From: a virus
Lineage: Duplodnaviria > Caudoviricetes
Virus record (IMG/VR): IMGVR_UViG_3300030330_005698
Span: 1 to 40,220 of that record
DNA length: 40,220 nucleotides
Strand: one strand, 5' to 3'
Numbering within the stretch: position 1 is the stretch's first letter; each line of letters begins with the position of its first letter. Of the stretch, positions 1-11,100 are shown one piece after another. A program made the position numbers and the translations under genes. The notes under the pieces are model-generated. The model worked only from the letters and a program-made list of their open reading frames with translations, ran no database searches and was not told where the DNA came from.

Positions 1-3000
1 TCAGCACTTAGAAAAACAATACCTCTATTTATAATAAATGACCCGGCACAATCAGATTATAGATTATTTGTTGACATGGCTGGACAACATTATGATATCT
101 TATTAAACTATATAAAAGGCTTAGGAAAATTACATGATAGAGATGAAGGACTAACAACAGGTCTATCAAAAGATACTATTAGTGAATTACTAAAATCTTA
201 TGGGTGGAATTCAGAACTTGGATTTAATACTGAGGAACTTTGGAAATATGTTTTAGGCACAGACAATAGTGGTAGTTATCAAGCAACAGAACCTGATGGA
301 ACATCAGTTATATTTAATCAAAGTGAATCATTGCCTAGAGATGAAATAGGTAAAGAAATCCTAAATAGAATTCTGAACAATTTACCATACATCTATAAAA
401 CAAAGGGAACAGAGAGAAGTATAAGGGCTCTAGCAAACTGTTATGGAATCCCAGATACTATTTTGGATATAAATGAGTTTGGAGGGCCTAGCCGTGATAA
501 AACAGCAAATATTAAACATAAGCGTAGAAAGTTTACATTTGCATTGCAGTTTGATGGTGATGATTCTCAAATTAGTGTACCTTGGCATTCTGTAAAAGGA
601 GGTGATGATTTTGAAGGTTGGCCAATGCACCAAGAAGTTAGAATTAAGTGTTCAGGTTCTGGTACAAAAAGAAATCAATCTATTCTTGCAACATCATTAA
701 GTAGTGCACAAAATAAAGATGAACACTTTACAAATCTAAATGTATTTGGTACATCAAGTGTAGGGTGGAATCTTTGGATGGAACATACTGCATCATATAG
801 TGGAAGTAGTGATTGGGGCCGTTTACATTTTTACATTACAGGTAGTGAAGTAGAAACATCTGGGTCTGCAAGAGCATCAGCATCCATTACATTTACAGCT
901 ACAGCAGCTGCACAAGGTCCAATGATTGAATTAACATCATTCTTAAAAAATACTGGTCCATTTGATAGCCCGTCAAGTATATTAAAACAGAGAAGACAAT
1001 ATCGTGCAATGACAGAGTCTGTTTCAAATGGTGCAACCATTTCTGGTGTTATAAGAGCTTTCTCTGCATCATCAGACCCAGCTGTTATGGCAAGTAACCT
1101 AGCAGAAGCAATTACAAATGTAAATGGTCACCGGTCCAGGATGTCAGTATCACAATCAGGTAATACACTATTTATATTCCAAGCAAATGAAGGTCAAGCA
1201 GGTAACCTACCAGTTTCAGGTGCAGATGGTTTTAATAATCATATTGTTGGAACTTTACCAACAGTAATGGTTGGAGGAAGAGATGCGCCAGGTAGAATGT
1301 TAAGTGCATCAACAGATTACTTACCATTGTATAATGGTGACTTTTGGAACATTAGTCTTTCAACAAATAAACAAATTAAACCTGAAACAACAGCCTCAAA
1401 TAATCTTGCTGCTTTAGGACAAAGTGCAAGTGTACAGGATGTAGTATTTCAAATAACTGCAAAGTTAGCAGCCGACCATGCTGATGGGAAAATTACACAT
1501 AGTGGTAGTGCAGAGCTTAGATTAGATAATACAATTGATAGTATTTCTGGAAGGTCATCTGGAAGTTATCTTCGTTCTTGGACACTACAAGCTCCATATA
1601 AATCTGGAAATGAAAGTGCTGTATTTATTGGAGGTGTAAATGATAGCGAATGGATAACTCATGGAATTACACATAAGTTTTCTGGGTCTATGCAAGAGTA
1701 TAGTCAATACACTGAAGAGTTAGAAGATGACATTTTAGATATTCATACATTATCACCACAAGCAATTGTTGGAAACCACTTTACTTCTTCATTTGATAAA
1801 TTGATTAGACGATACCCTATGGGTACAGACTTAAATGACTTAAATCATAATACATTTGTTGTAATATCATCTAGTCATCCACAACAAGCATTTTCTGAAT
1901 ACACAGACCAAAAAACATTTCCTGCACATGGTACCGCATCAGGGTTTAATGACATAGGTTCTGGAAAAGTACATTATGAAAACTTTGATGAATTATATTA
2001 TACAACAATGCCAGACATTATTGGTGAAAGACCAGTATCTCATAAAATAAGAATTGAGGATAACACACTTACTTCACAATCACTTCAACCAATATTTACT
2101 GGTGTTAGTGTAGAAACCAGTTCTTTTGATACTCATCCATTGGACTCTAATAGATTAAGTGTAGGTTTAAGTCCATCACAAAATATAAATCTTGACATTG
2201 CATACCAATTTGGTAATCTTTCTTTAGATGATTTTGTTGGTGACCCACGTGATGAATACAAAACAGAATATACAACACTATCAACAGTTCAAGATGCATA
2301 TTTCAAAAAATTTAGCGGAGCATATAATGTAGCTGCATTTAGTAGACTTTTAAGATTCTTTGATAAATCTCTTTGGCAACAAATTGAAAGTCTAGTTCCT
2401 GCAAGAGCAAATGCATTTATAGGTTTAATAATTGAACCTACAATATTAGAAAGACCAAAGATTAAAAGAACAAGACCTTCATTTGAAAGTTTATATTACA
2501 CGGCATCAGTATCTGTTAGTTGTATACATACTGCAACTGTACCAACACCAACATCAAAATCAAACAGTGGTAGTTTAAGTGTAGCTGCTTATGGTACATT
2601 GGATGATGATATTGAATTACTTGTTAGTGATGGTGGTCATAGATACAAAGAACAAGGTTCAATATATAGATATGGCGTCAACACTGGTAGTGGAGCATAT
2701 GAAACAACCCAGTCTGTTGAATTGTATGGTGTATTAACTTCCGTAACAAGTTCAAGAGTTTCTGAAACTTGGCAAGACTTGGAAAAGTTTTTCTTTCACC
2801 CATCAAGTTCTGGACAAGACAGACACATGGAGGCAGCATACAGTGCAGCTGCTGATAATTTCTATTCTTCGTCAAGAAAGTTTGCAGAGGTACAAGATTA
2901 TAGGCCAAGACAAATTAAAAATTTATATTATGACGGTGTACAAATATTTAGTGAATTAACTACGCATTCAACTGGTTCTGGAACAGGTTCAGTATATCTT

Positions 3001-3471
3001 ACTTTTCCAAGTGCAGTTGACTCAGGTTCAACATATGCTGATTCAACGGATACACCAGATGGACAGCCAGTGATAGAGGTATTTACAGTCAATCCTAATA
3101 CAGTTGTTGTTGGTGGTACACCTAGCCAAGTATCACAAGTACCAACAGCTGTGAATTCACTTAATCTTGCAAACTTAACAATGGCTCCACCAGAAATAAC
3201 ATTGGCTACAGGAAAAGGTGGTGTTGCTGGTGTAAATGCAGCTGTTAAGGGTGCAACATCAGCTGTGGCAAACGTGGTATCAAATGTTGTAGTTAGTCCA
3301 CCTTCGCCACCAAGTCCATATATTCCAACAGCTCCGGCAATATCAACTAAGACGTCATATACTGCAACAGCAAAAACATCAACAGCTACAACTGCAAAAT
3401 CAAATACAGTTGCAACAAAAGGAAATGTATCATTTGCTAAAGGTGGTGGAAAAGGATATGCAAAGAGCTAA
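1..3471 (+). CDS. Baseplate wedge-like virion structural protein (5'-truncated; frame is open from base 1, before the ATG at 76)
   Basis: Frame 1 reads SALRKTIPLFIINDPAQSDYRLFVDMAGQHYD with no stop. It contains NNLPYIYKTKGTERSIRAL, resembling the YxxKGT motif of T4 gp7/P2 gpI-like wedge proteins, and later IESLVPARA. The protein is Ser/Thr/Gly-rich. Confidence 0.6.
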   Translation, partial: SALRKTIPLFIINDPAQSDYRLFVDMAGQHYDILLNYIKGLGKLHDRDEGLTTGLSKDTISELLKSYGWNSELGFNTEELWKYVLGTDNSGSYQATEPDGTSVIFNQSESLPRDEIGKEILNRILNNLPYIYKTKGTERSIRALANCYGIPDTILDINEFGGPSRDKTANIKHKRRKFTFALQFDGDDSQISVPWHSVKGGDDFEGWPMHQEVRIKCSGSGTKRNQSILATSLSSAQNKDEHFTNLNVFGTSSVGWNLWMEHTASYSGSSDWGRLHFYITGSEVETSGSARASASITFTATAAAQGPMIELTSFLKNTGPFDSPSSILKQRRQYRAMTESVSNGATISGVIRAFSASSDPAVMASNLAEAITNVNGHRSRMSVSQSGNTLFIFQANEGQAGNLPVSGADGFNNHIVGTLPTVMVGGRDAPGRMLSASTDYLPLYNGDFWNISLSTNKQIKPETTASNNLAALGQSASVQDVVFQITAKLAADHADGKITHSGSAELRLDNTIDSISGRSSGSYLRSWTLQAPYKSGNESAVFIGGVNDSEWITHGITHKFSGSMQEYSQYTEELEDDILDIHTLSPQAIVGNHFTSSFDKLIRRYPMGTDLNDLNHNTFVVISSSHPQQAFSEYTDQKTFPAHGTASGFNDIGSGKVHYENFDELYYTTMPDIIGERPVSHKIRIEDNTLTSQSLQPIFTGVSVETSSFDTHPLDSNRLSVGLSPSQNINLDIAYQFGNLSLDDFVGDPRDEYKTEYTTLSTVQDAYFKKFSGAYNVAAFSRLLRFFDKSLWQQIESLVPARANAFIGLIIEPTILERPKIKRTRPSFESLYYTASVSVSCIHTATVPTPTSKSNSGSLSVAAYGTLDDDIELLVSDGGHRYKEQGSIYRYGVNTGSGAYETTQSVELYGVLTSVTSSRVSETWQDLEKFFFHPSSSGQDRHMEAAYSAAADNFYSSSRKFAEVQDYRPRQIKNLYYDGVQIFSELTTHSTGSGTGSVYLTFPSAVDSGSTYADSTDTPDGQPVIEVFTVNPNTVVVGGTPSQVSQVPTAVNSLNLANLTMAPPEITLATGKGGVAGVNAAVKGATSAVANVVSNVVVSPPSPPSPYIPTAPAISTKTSYTATAKTSTATTAKSNTVATKGNVSFAKGGGKGYAKS

Positions 3472-3515
3472 ATGAATATATATACAATAAAAAGAGATAA
3501 ATTTAATTGACAATT

Positions 3516-3524
3516 ATATTTATA
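3516..3524 (+). promoter_or_regulatory. Putative late promoter motif ATATTTATA
   Basis: The same 9-mer recurs in intergenic gaps before operon-leading genes; here it is 28 nt upstream of the ATG at 3553. Confidence 0.55.
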
Positions 3525-3552
3525 CTATATAGAAATACATTAGGGGATACAC

Positions 3553-4266
3553 ATGGGATATTTAGATAATACATCAGTAACAGTAGATGCTATTCTTACC
3601 AAGAGAGGAAGAGAACTTCTAGCTCAAGGTGATGGTAGTTTTAACATAACAAAATTTGCATTAGCAGATGATGAAATAGATTATAGGCTTTATGACTTTT
3701 CTCATACAAATGGTTCAAACTTTTATGGTGAAGCAATAGAAAGATTGCCTTTATTAGAAGCATTTCCAGATGATGATGCTGCAATGAGATATAGACTTGT
3801 TACTTTAACAAAAAATACAACTCAAATTCCAATTGTTGGTGCGGGTGGTGCAACAGCATATACTGTTAATTCAGGACAAGGAACACTTACAGTTATAAAT
3901 CCAACAACAACAAATGGTGTTGACCCTACATATACTGCAACTGTAAGTGATACAAATGTATTAACAATTGAGGCACTAGGAACTATAGTTTCACAGCCTG
4001 CAACTAACCAAGCAGGAAATAATGCAATGGCATTTGCTAAAGGTTCGTCAAAAGGTGCAGCAACACTTTACTCAACATCAACAACAACGGCACCAGTTAC
4101 AAATACTGTTGTTACTGGAACTGGTGTTAGTGTACAAGGAACTCAGTTTAGAATAACACCTGTATATAATGCAGTTGAAGATAAGGTTGCTTCTGTTACT
4201 ATTACAGGAAATGCAACAGGCGGACAAGTAGTTGTTACATTTACAGTACTTAAAGCAACAATATAA
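3553..4266 (+). CDS. Virion structural protein (baseplate/tail-collar-like N-terminal motif)
   Basis: The N-terminus AILTKRGRELLAQG...ITKFALADDEIDY resembles the start of tail-collar-fibre (DUF3751/P2 gpH-like) domains. The C-terminus is Thr-rich and beta-like. Confidence 0.55.
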   Translation: MGYLDNTSVTVDAILTKRGRELLAQGDGSFNITKFALADDEIDYRLYDFSHTNGSNFYGEAIERLPLLEAFPDDDAAMRYRLVTLTKNTTQIPIVGAGGATAYTVNSGQGTLTVINPTTTNGVDPTYTATVSDTNVLTIEALGTIVSQPATNQAGNNAMAFAKGSSKGAATLYSTSTTTAPVTNTVVTGTGVSVQGTQFRITPVYNAVEDKVASVTITGNATGGQVVVTFTVLKATI

Positions 4267-4281
4267 TAAGGAGAGAACAGA

Positions 4282-5346
4282 ATGTCATTTAAGTTTTTTG
4301 ACCCAGTAAGTGATATAGTAACAGACATAGCTTCTGCAACTGTAACAACGGGGTTATTTGGTCCTGGTGATAGTGCAAGTTTAGGATTTATGACTCAGAG
4401 TTTAACACAAGGAGATTCATCAGCATCTTATTTAGCAGTGTATCAAAAAGACCCAGCATTAGATGATTCAGCTGTACAATTTTCAATTGCATTTGGACAT
4501 AGAGCCGGTAGTGGTTCAGTAAGACAGTCAGGTGCAACTAAAGGTTTTTCACCAACAAGAGCAATATTTCAACAATATGTTAGTTTACTAGAGGATGCAC
4601 CAACATCAACATCAGACACGGATATTTATGGTGGCTCATTTACTTGGGGAACTTCAAATGCTGGTGGAAACGGTGATACTGAATTTACATCTTCATTTTT
4701 TATTGCATTTAATCGTGCAAGATATAAACAAAATTTGGAAGCAAAAAGTTTTGAACTTACATTGAGTGGATCATCATACGGAGTTGGTGGATTGAGATTA
4801 ATGGCTGATACATCTGTAAAGTATACAGCAAATGGTTTAATAAGATTTCCAATTAGAAGTGGTTCAGAGGATAGTCCTGTTGCAACAACTCGTGCATATG
4901 GGTGGATATATCCAGAAGTTGGTGTAGTTGTATTAGATGCAGGTTCAGTTCAAGCATCAGCTTCAATAGCAACTCCACATACAGATAATACAGATGATGG
5001 TGTACCATTAAAGGTATTGAAGGCAATTCAATCTGGTTCAGGCCAAATGACAAATGCACCACATGACATGCAAATGAGAGCTGAAGAGTCTGTAAAGAGT
5101 ACATACTATTTTGTACGTGCAAATAATGGTGAATTTAATTATAGTCAAAATCCATCATTTTCTACAGGTTCTGGAGGTGGAGGTTCATTAAGATATCCTG
5201 AATTCATATCTAATCCATCAACATATATTACCACAATTGGAATGTATAATGATAACAATGAACTTATTGCAATTGCAAAATTAAGTAAACCACTTGAGAA
5301 AAGTTTTAACAGAGAAGCTCTTGTTCGTGTAAAACTTGACTATTAA
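4282..5346 (+). CDS. Virion structural protein (baseplate/tail-associated)
   Basis: AGGAG RBS at 4269. The C-terminal YITTIGMYNDNNELIAIAKLSKPLEK resembles the tail-collar 'EIGLY..G.LIA' motif. It is a paralog of the next gene. Confidence 0.55.
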   Translation: MSFKFFDPVSDIVTDIASATVTTGLFGPGDSASLGFMTQSLTQGDSSASYLAVYQKDPALDDSAVQFSIAFGHRAGSGSVRQSGATKGFSPTRAIFQQYVSLLEDAPTSTSDTDIYGGSFTWGTSNAGGNGDTEFTSSFFIAFNRARYKQNLEAKSFELTLSGSSYGVGGLRLMADTSVKYTANGLIRFPIRSGSEDSPVATTRAYGWIYPEVGVVVLDAGSVQASASIATPHTDNTDDGVPLKVLKAIQSGSGQMTNAPHDMQMRAEESVKSTYYFVRANNGEFNYSQNPSFSTGSGGGGSLRYPEFISNPSTYITTIGMYNDNNELIAIAKLSKPLEKSFNREALVRVKLDY

Positions 5347-5366
5347 TACTTTAAGGAGGAAATTAG

Positions 5367-6758
5367 ATGTCAGTATTTAAGGACATACCCTCCGAAGATG
5401 TAAGTATAACAACTTATATTTCTCACAAGAACTGGGAAATAAGTAGTTCAGCTGCAAGTTCATCCTTTGGAGTGTTAACATTTTTAGCGAGAAGTGGTTC
5501 TTTTGGAAAGCCAGAAAGCTATACTGCACTAGGTTCTTCCCATACCTATTTTAATAAATTGGTTTGGGATTCTATTAATCATCAACTATACAATCCTCAT
5601 AGGTTAACCCAAGAATCATTAGGTCAAGGACAAGCTTCTTCATCTGCACAAGGAGGTTCAGATTTTTTATCTAGCTTTTTACCAGATACTGTTACACCTC
5701 TTCAAGATTCCGCATCAATTTTATCTATTCCACAACAACTATATGGTAATGAAATAAAGGAAGGAAGTTTATCAATAGAATCAGGTTCAACAACTCTTAC
5801 AGATAGTCATGGTAAAATATTAAGTGCATCAGTTGAAGTTGGTGATATATTTTATAAAAAAGGAATTGTTGTAATTACCCACCCGTCAAAATCTATTCAA
5901 GATTCATTAAACACTTACAACTTAAGGTTTAAGGCAACACTGCCAATTACACAACGTGAATATACATGTAGAATTATGGACTACGAATATAACCACACGT
6001 TTAACCCGTCTGTTAGGGAAATAGATAATTTTGTTAGGACAAGAAATTTAGGTGCCATACCTAGTGGTAAAAAAATTGATTTAGATTTAAGTACACCAAT
6101 ATTTGGTACAACTATTCACGGTGTGAGTAAATCTATAAATGATATTGCAGAAGCCAATTCAACTTGTGACCTTTCGTTACAAAGTACATCTGGAAGTACA
6201 AGTATAAAGATAGAACAAACAGCTGCAAATGGTGGAGGCTTTTTAGAGATACCTTTTAATACAACATATAACCAAGCAGCAATTGCACCTAATACACAAG
6301 AAACAATATATTCTTTAGAATTTGATTATGTACATGGAAGTGGAAGCTTAGACGTATTTGCAAATACAACACAAGATGAACTTACACCAACAAATGGCGG
6401 TCTGCTATTATCATTAACAGGTAGTGACAATGGAAATAAAGTATCAACAGTATTTACATCTTCACAAAACTTTGATGCATCATTAAGATTAATTCCAAAA
6501 GGTATTCAACCCGGCCACCAAGATAAAACATTTTCATTTATTAAGAACTTAAAGTTACAAGAACTTGTACCATCATCTAATCAAATACGGTCTGATAAGC
6601 TAAAAGGGTTTACATCTAGTTCTGACTTTACACCATACATTACAGCAGTAGGATTGTACAACCCGGCAAATGAATTACTAGCTGTAGGTAAGTTAGCTAT
6701 TCCAACAAAAAAGTCTATGGACTATGATATATCAATAGTTGTAAGATTTGATTTATAA
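5367..6758 (+). CDS. Virion structural protein, paralog of 4282..5346
   Basis: AAGGAGG RBS at 5353. It shares EYNHTFNPS (vs EFNYSQNPS) and the C-terminal YITAVGLYNPANELLAVGKL with the preceding gene. Confidence 0.55.
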   Translation: MSVFKDIPSEDVSITTYISHKNWEISSSAASSSFGVLTFLARSGSFGKPESYTALGSSHTYFNKLVWDSINHQLYNPHRLTQESLGQGQASSSAQGGSDFLSSFLPDTVTPLQDSASILSIPQQLYGNEIKEGSLSIESGSTTLTDSHGKILSASVEVGDIFYKKGIVVITHPSKSIQDSLNTYNLRFKATLPITQREYTCRIMDYEYNHTFNPSVREIDNFVRTRNLGAIPSGKKIDLDLSTPIFGTTIHGVSKSINDIAEANSTCDLSLQSTSGSTSIKIEQTAANGGGFLEIPFNTTYNQAAIAPNTQETIYSLEFDYVHGSGSLDVFANTTQDELTPTNGGLLLSLTGSDNGNKVSTVFTSSQNFDASLRLIPKGIQPGHQDKTFSFIKNLKLQELVPSSNQIRSDKLKGFTSSSDFTPYITAVGLYNPANELLAVGKLAIPTKKSMDYDISIVVRFDL

Positions 6759-6774
6759 TAATAGGAAATAAGTT

Positions 6775-7179
6775 ATGGCATGGAGAAATAAATCCAAAAT
6801 TAGAAGAAATGCAATAAAGCATGGATACAGAAGTGGTTTTGAACATAAGGTTGCAGACCAGTTAACAGAATCAAAAACAAAGTTTGAATATGAAACAACT
6901 GTTATAGATTATATTAAACCACAGACTCACCACAAATATACAATAGATTTTACATTGCCTAATGGTATACTTGTAGAAACAAAAGGTAGGTGGATTTTAG
7001 AAGATAGAAAAAAGCACTTATTAATAAAAAAACAACACCCAGAACTGGACATTAGAATTGTTTTTCAAAGTGCACGTGGAAAAATTAGAAAAGGTAGTAA
7101 AACAACATATGCTGATTTTTGTGACAAACATGGAATAGTTTGGGCTGAAAAGGAAATTCCAAATTCTTGGCTTAAATAA
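6775..7179 (+). CDS. T7 endonuclease I-like Holliday junction resolvase
   Basis: Hallmark T7 gp3 family motifs: GYRSGFE, YTIDFTLPNGILVETKG (PD-(D/E)xK core), DRKKHLLIKKQHPELDIRIVF and KGSKTTYADFCDKHG. Confidence 0.92.
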   Translation: MAWRNKSKIRRNAIKHGYRSGFEHKVADQLTESKTKFEYETTVIDYIKPQTHHKYTIDFTLPNGILVETKGRWILEDRKKHLLIKKQHPELDIRIVFQSARGKIRKGSKTTYADFCDKHGIVWAEKEIPNSWLK

Positions 7180-7213
7180 TTTTATTTGTCAAATATTTTA
7201 GTTATATTACTAT

Positions 7214-8140
7214 ATGTCAAATTCAGAACTCAAAAGTTTATTAAACTCTGCATTAGGATATGGGAGAAATCTTAAAAATAGCGAAGTATCTCATCAATGC
7301 CCATTTTGTAATCATCATAAAAAGAAGTTACAGATAAATTTGGTTACACAGTTATGGCAATGTTGGGTATGCGGTGAAAAAGGTAGAAAAATAGTTTCAT
7401 TATTTAGAAAGCTAAAACTATCATCTTCTTATTTTCAAAAGCTTTCAAATATATTAGGAGAAAGGTTTGAAGGGAATGGTTTTAGTAAAGAAAAATCTAA
7501 TGATGTAAAATTACCAATAAATTTTACTACATTTTTAGAAGGAAATAAACGTGACCCTGATTTTAGACATGCATTAAAGTATTTACAAAAAACTAGAGGT
7601 TTAACATTAAATGATATTGTAAAATATAATATTGGTTACTGTAGTTCAGGTCCTTATGGTGGAATGATAATAATACCAAGCTATGATATAAATGGAAACC
7701 TTAACTTTTTTACAGGTAGAACATATTACCCAGATGTAACATTTAAGCATAAAAATCCATCAGTATCAAAAGACATTATTGGCTTTGAGTTATACATTAA
7801 CTGGAAATTACCTATCACAATTGTTGAAGGTGCATTTGATGCTATAGCAATAAAGAGAAATGCAATACCTCTTTTTGGAAAAATAATATCTCAAAAACTA
7901 AAGTTGAAAATATTTAGTGAAGGTGTTAAAGAAATAAATATTGCTTTAGATAATGATGCAAAAAAAGACGCATTAAAAATATCAGAATATTTTATTAATA
8001 ATGGAATAACTGTTAACTTTATTGACTTAAAAAACAGTGACCCTAGTGAAATAGGCTTTTCTAAAATGACAAGCATTATTGATAATTCATCACCACTAGA
8101 TTTTAGAAAAATTATGGAGTATAAACTATATGACAGTTAA
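7214..8140 (+). CDS. DNA primase (zinc-binding domain + TOPRIM)
   Basis: Zinc motif CPFCNHH...CWVC, then YLQKTRG, IIIPSYD..G...FFTGR, and TOPRIM motifs IVEGAFDA, ALDNDA and DPSE. Confidence 0.88.
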   Translation: MSNSELKSLLNSALGYGRNLKNSEVSHQCPFCNHHKKKLQINLVTQLWQCWVCGEKGRKIVSLFRKLKLSSSYFQKLSNILGERFEGNGFSKEKSNDVKLPINFTTFLEGNKRDPDFRHALKYLQKTRGLTLNDIVKYNIGYCSSGPYGGMIIIPSYDINGNLNFFTGRTYYPDVTFKHKNPSVSKDIIGFELYINWKLPITIVEGAFDAIAIKRNAIPLFGKIISQKLKLKIFSEGVKEINIALDNDAKKDALKISEYFINNGITVNFIDLKNSDPSEIGFSKMTSIIDNSSPLDFRKIMEYKLYDS

Positions 8141-11100
8141 AAACATTAAACTTCCATTTGAAAAAATAAATCATATTGTACACATTGCAGATGTACACAT
8201 TAGGAACTATAAAAGACACCGTGAATATAGACAAGTATTTAGAAAGCTATATAAACAAATAAGAACAACTCCAAAGGAAACACTAATATATGTTGGTGGA
8301 GATATAGTACATACAAAAACAGACATAAGTCCAGAACTTGTACAAATGGTTAGTGACTTTTTTAATACACTTGCAAACATAAGACCAACAATTGTAATTA
8401 CTGGAAACCATGATGCAAATCTAAATAATAAATCAAGAATGGATTCTTTAAGTCCAATTGTAAAAAACTTAGACAATCCAAATTTACATTACTTAAAAGA
8501 TTCAGGTGTTTATGTTTTAGGTGATTGTGCATTTACAGTAATGTCTGTATTTGATGACCCGTCTGAATATCTTAAATCATCAGCTAGTCCAAATGAAAAA
8601 ACTAAAATTGCATTATATCATGGAACAGTTCATAATTCAGAAACTGATATTGGTTATGTTGTAGATAACCCAGATGTAGAACTTAAAAAGTTTTCAGGAT
8701 ATGATTATGTAATGTTAGGTGATATACATAAACAACAATATCTAAATAAATCAAAAACAGTTGCATACTCAGGGTCTTTAATACAACAAAACTTTGGTGA
8801 ATCATTCAAAAGACATGGAATTATACTATGGAATCTGTTAACAAAAAAATCAGAATTTATAGAAATAGATAATGATTATGGATATTACACAGTTGAAGTT
8901 AAAGATGGAAAGCCACTTAATCTATCAGACATTCCACCAAAACCTAGACTAAGAGTAAGAACGGAAAACACAACAGTTGCCGATGTTAAAAAAATAGTAA
9001 TAGACTTAAAAAAGAAATATAAAGTACAAGATGTAATTGTATTAAGGTCAGATAAAATATCAGATAAAAAAAGTCCATATTCAAATGGATTAGAACTAAC
9101 AAAAAATGTTAGAAGTGCAGAGTGTCAAAATGACTTACTCAAAGAATACTTGGACAAAAGATTTGATATTGACGATGAAATGTTAAAAAGAATACAAACA
9201 ATAAATCGTGAATTAAATAAATACCTTCAGGAAATAGACATTAGCAGAAATATTAGTTGGAAACCAAAACTTTTTGAATTTTCAAATATGTTTAGTTATG
9301 GTGAAGGTAATATTGTTAACTTTGAAACTATGAAAGGTTCAATAGGTGCATTTGCTGCAAATCATTCTGGTAAGTCTGCATTGTTAGATGCTGTTTCATT
9401 TTGTATTTTTGATAGGTGCAGTCGTTCACGTCACGGAATGGATGTAATGAACAATAAAAAGAAAACATTTTATTGTAAACTTAATTTTGAAATTGAAGGA
9501 ATAAATTATTTCATAGAAAGACGAGGTAAAAGATTTAAGAACGGCGGTGTAAGGGTTGATACTGACTTTTGGATGATTGATGAGGCAAATGAAAAAATAA
9601 GTCTAAATGGAGAACAAAGACGTGATACTAATAAAAATATTCAAGGATACTTAGGAACATATGAAGACTTTACATTAACAGCATTATCTGTTCAAAACAA
9701 TAATACTGGATTTATTGAAAAGACACAAACCGAAAAGAAAGACTTACTTGCACAATTTCTAGATATAACTGTATTTGAAGAATTATATCAATTGGCAAAT
9801 GAAGAAATTAGAGATGTGCATGCACTACTTAAGGACTTTAAGAATACTGATTTTGAAACCGAACTTGTAGATTGTGAAAGTCAATATGAAAATGTAAATT
9901 CATTATACAGTGAAAAAACAAAACATCTTGATATATTAAAAAAACAACTTAAAAAATTAAATGATAAGGTTGCACAAAAAAACAAAAAACTAATTACAAT
10001 TTCTACACCACCACTTTCTCTTGAGAGTTTGAATTCAAAACTTATATCACTAACAACAGAAATATCAGAAAATGAAAATAAGTTAGAAAAGTATGATAAA
10101 TATACAGAAGAAAATAAAACGGACTTTATAAATATAACAAGAGAACTTGAGAAAATATCTGAGCAATCCATTTTGGAAAACAAAAATACATATGATTTAG
10201 ATTTACAGAAAAAGGATAAGCTAAATATAGATTTAGATAAGTTAAAAATTATCATAACAAATAAATTAGATAAACTTAAGGCAATTGGACAATTTGACCC
10301 TAACTGTGATTTTTGTAAAAACACACCTTTTGTTAGAAGTGCATTTGAAATTGAAAAGACATTATTGGTTGATAAACAAAATGCAGTACAAATTAAAAAT
10401 CAAATTTTATCATTAGATAATATATTGAAAAATTCAACAGCAACTGCTGATTATGATAATATGGTTAATCTCAAAGACCGTGTAAATACAATTAAGCAAT
10501 ATCAAAATGAAATTAAACTTAAGCGTGCACAAAGAGAAATAAAAATATCAAATGTTACAAATAGTATAAATGAATGTAAAACACAAATTCAAATATACCA
10601 TGACAATAAAAAGTCAATAAAGTATAATGATAAACTTCAATTGGAAATAGGAAACTTGGAACATGAAATAACAAGTAAAGAGTTGGAAATATCATCTCAT
10701 AACAATGACTTAAGAACAACATATAGTGAACTAATGGTTTTGCAAAATAGAATTCAGTCTATAAAAAATTCAATAGCAAAAGCCGATGAATTAGAAAAAC
10801 GTTCAAATGCATATGAATATTATCTTAATGCAATAAGTAGAGATGGTATACCTTATGAATTAATTTCAAATATTATTCCTCACATAGAGGACGAAGTAAA
10901 TCTTATTCTTTCTCAAATAGTTGATTTTAGAATTGTATTTCATATTGATGGTAAAAACATAAATACTCATATTGCATATGATAATGATAATTCATGGCCA
11001 CTAGAATTAACAAGTGGAATGGAAAAATTTATTAGTTCATTAGCAATACGTGTAGCACTAATAAATATATCAAATCTACCAAGACCTAACTTTTTAGCAA

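Noticed and set aside
7180-7213. Bacteroidetes-type sigma70 promoter (TTTG...TAnnTTTG) before the primase
   Set aside because: TTTG and TATATT are present, but the spacing and -7 element do not match the consensus well enough to call.
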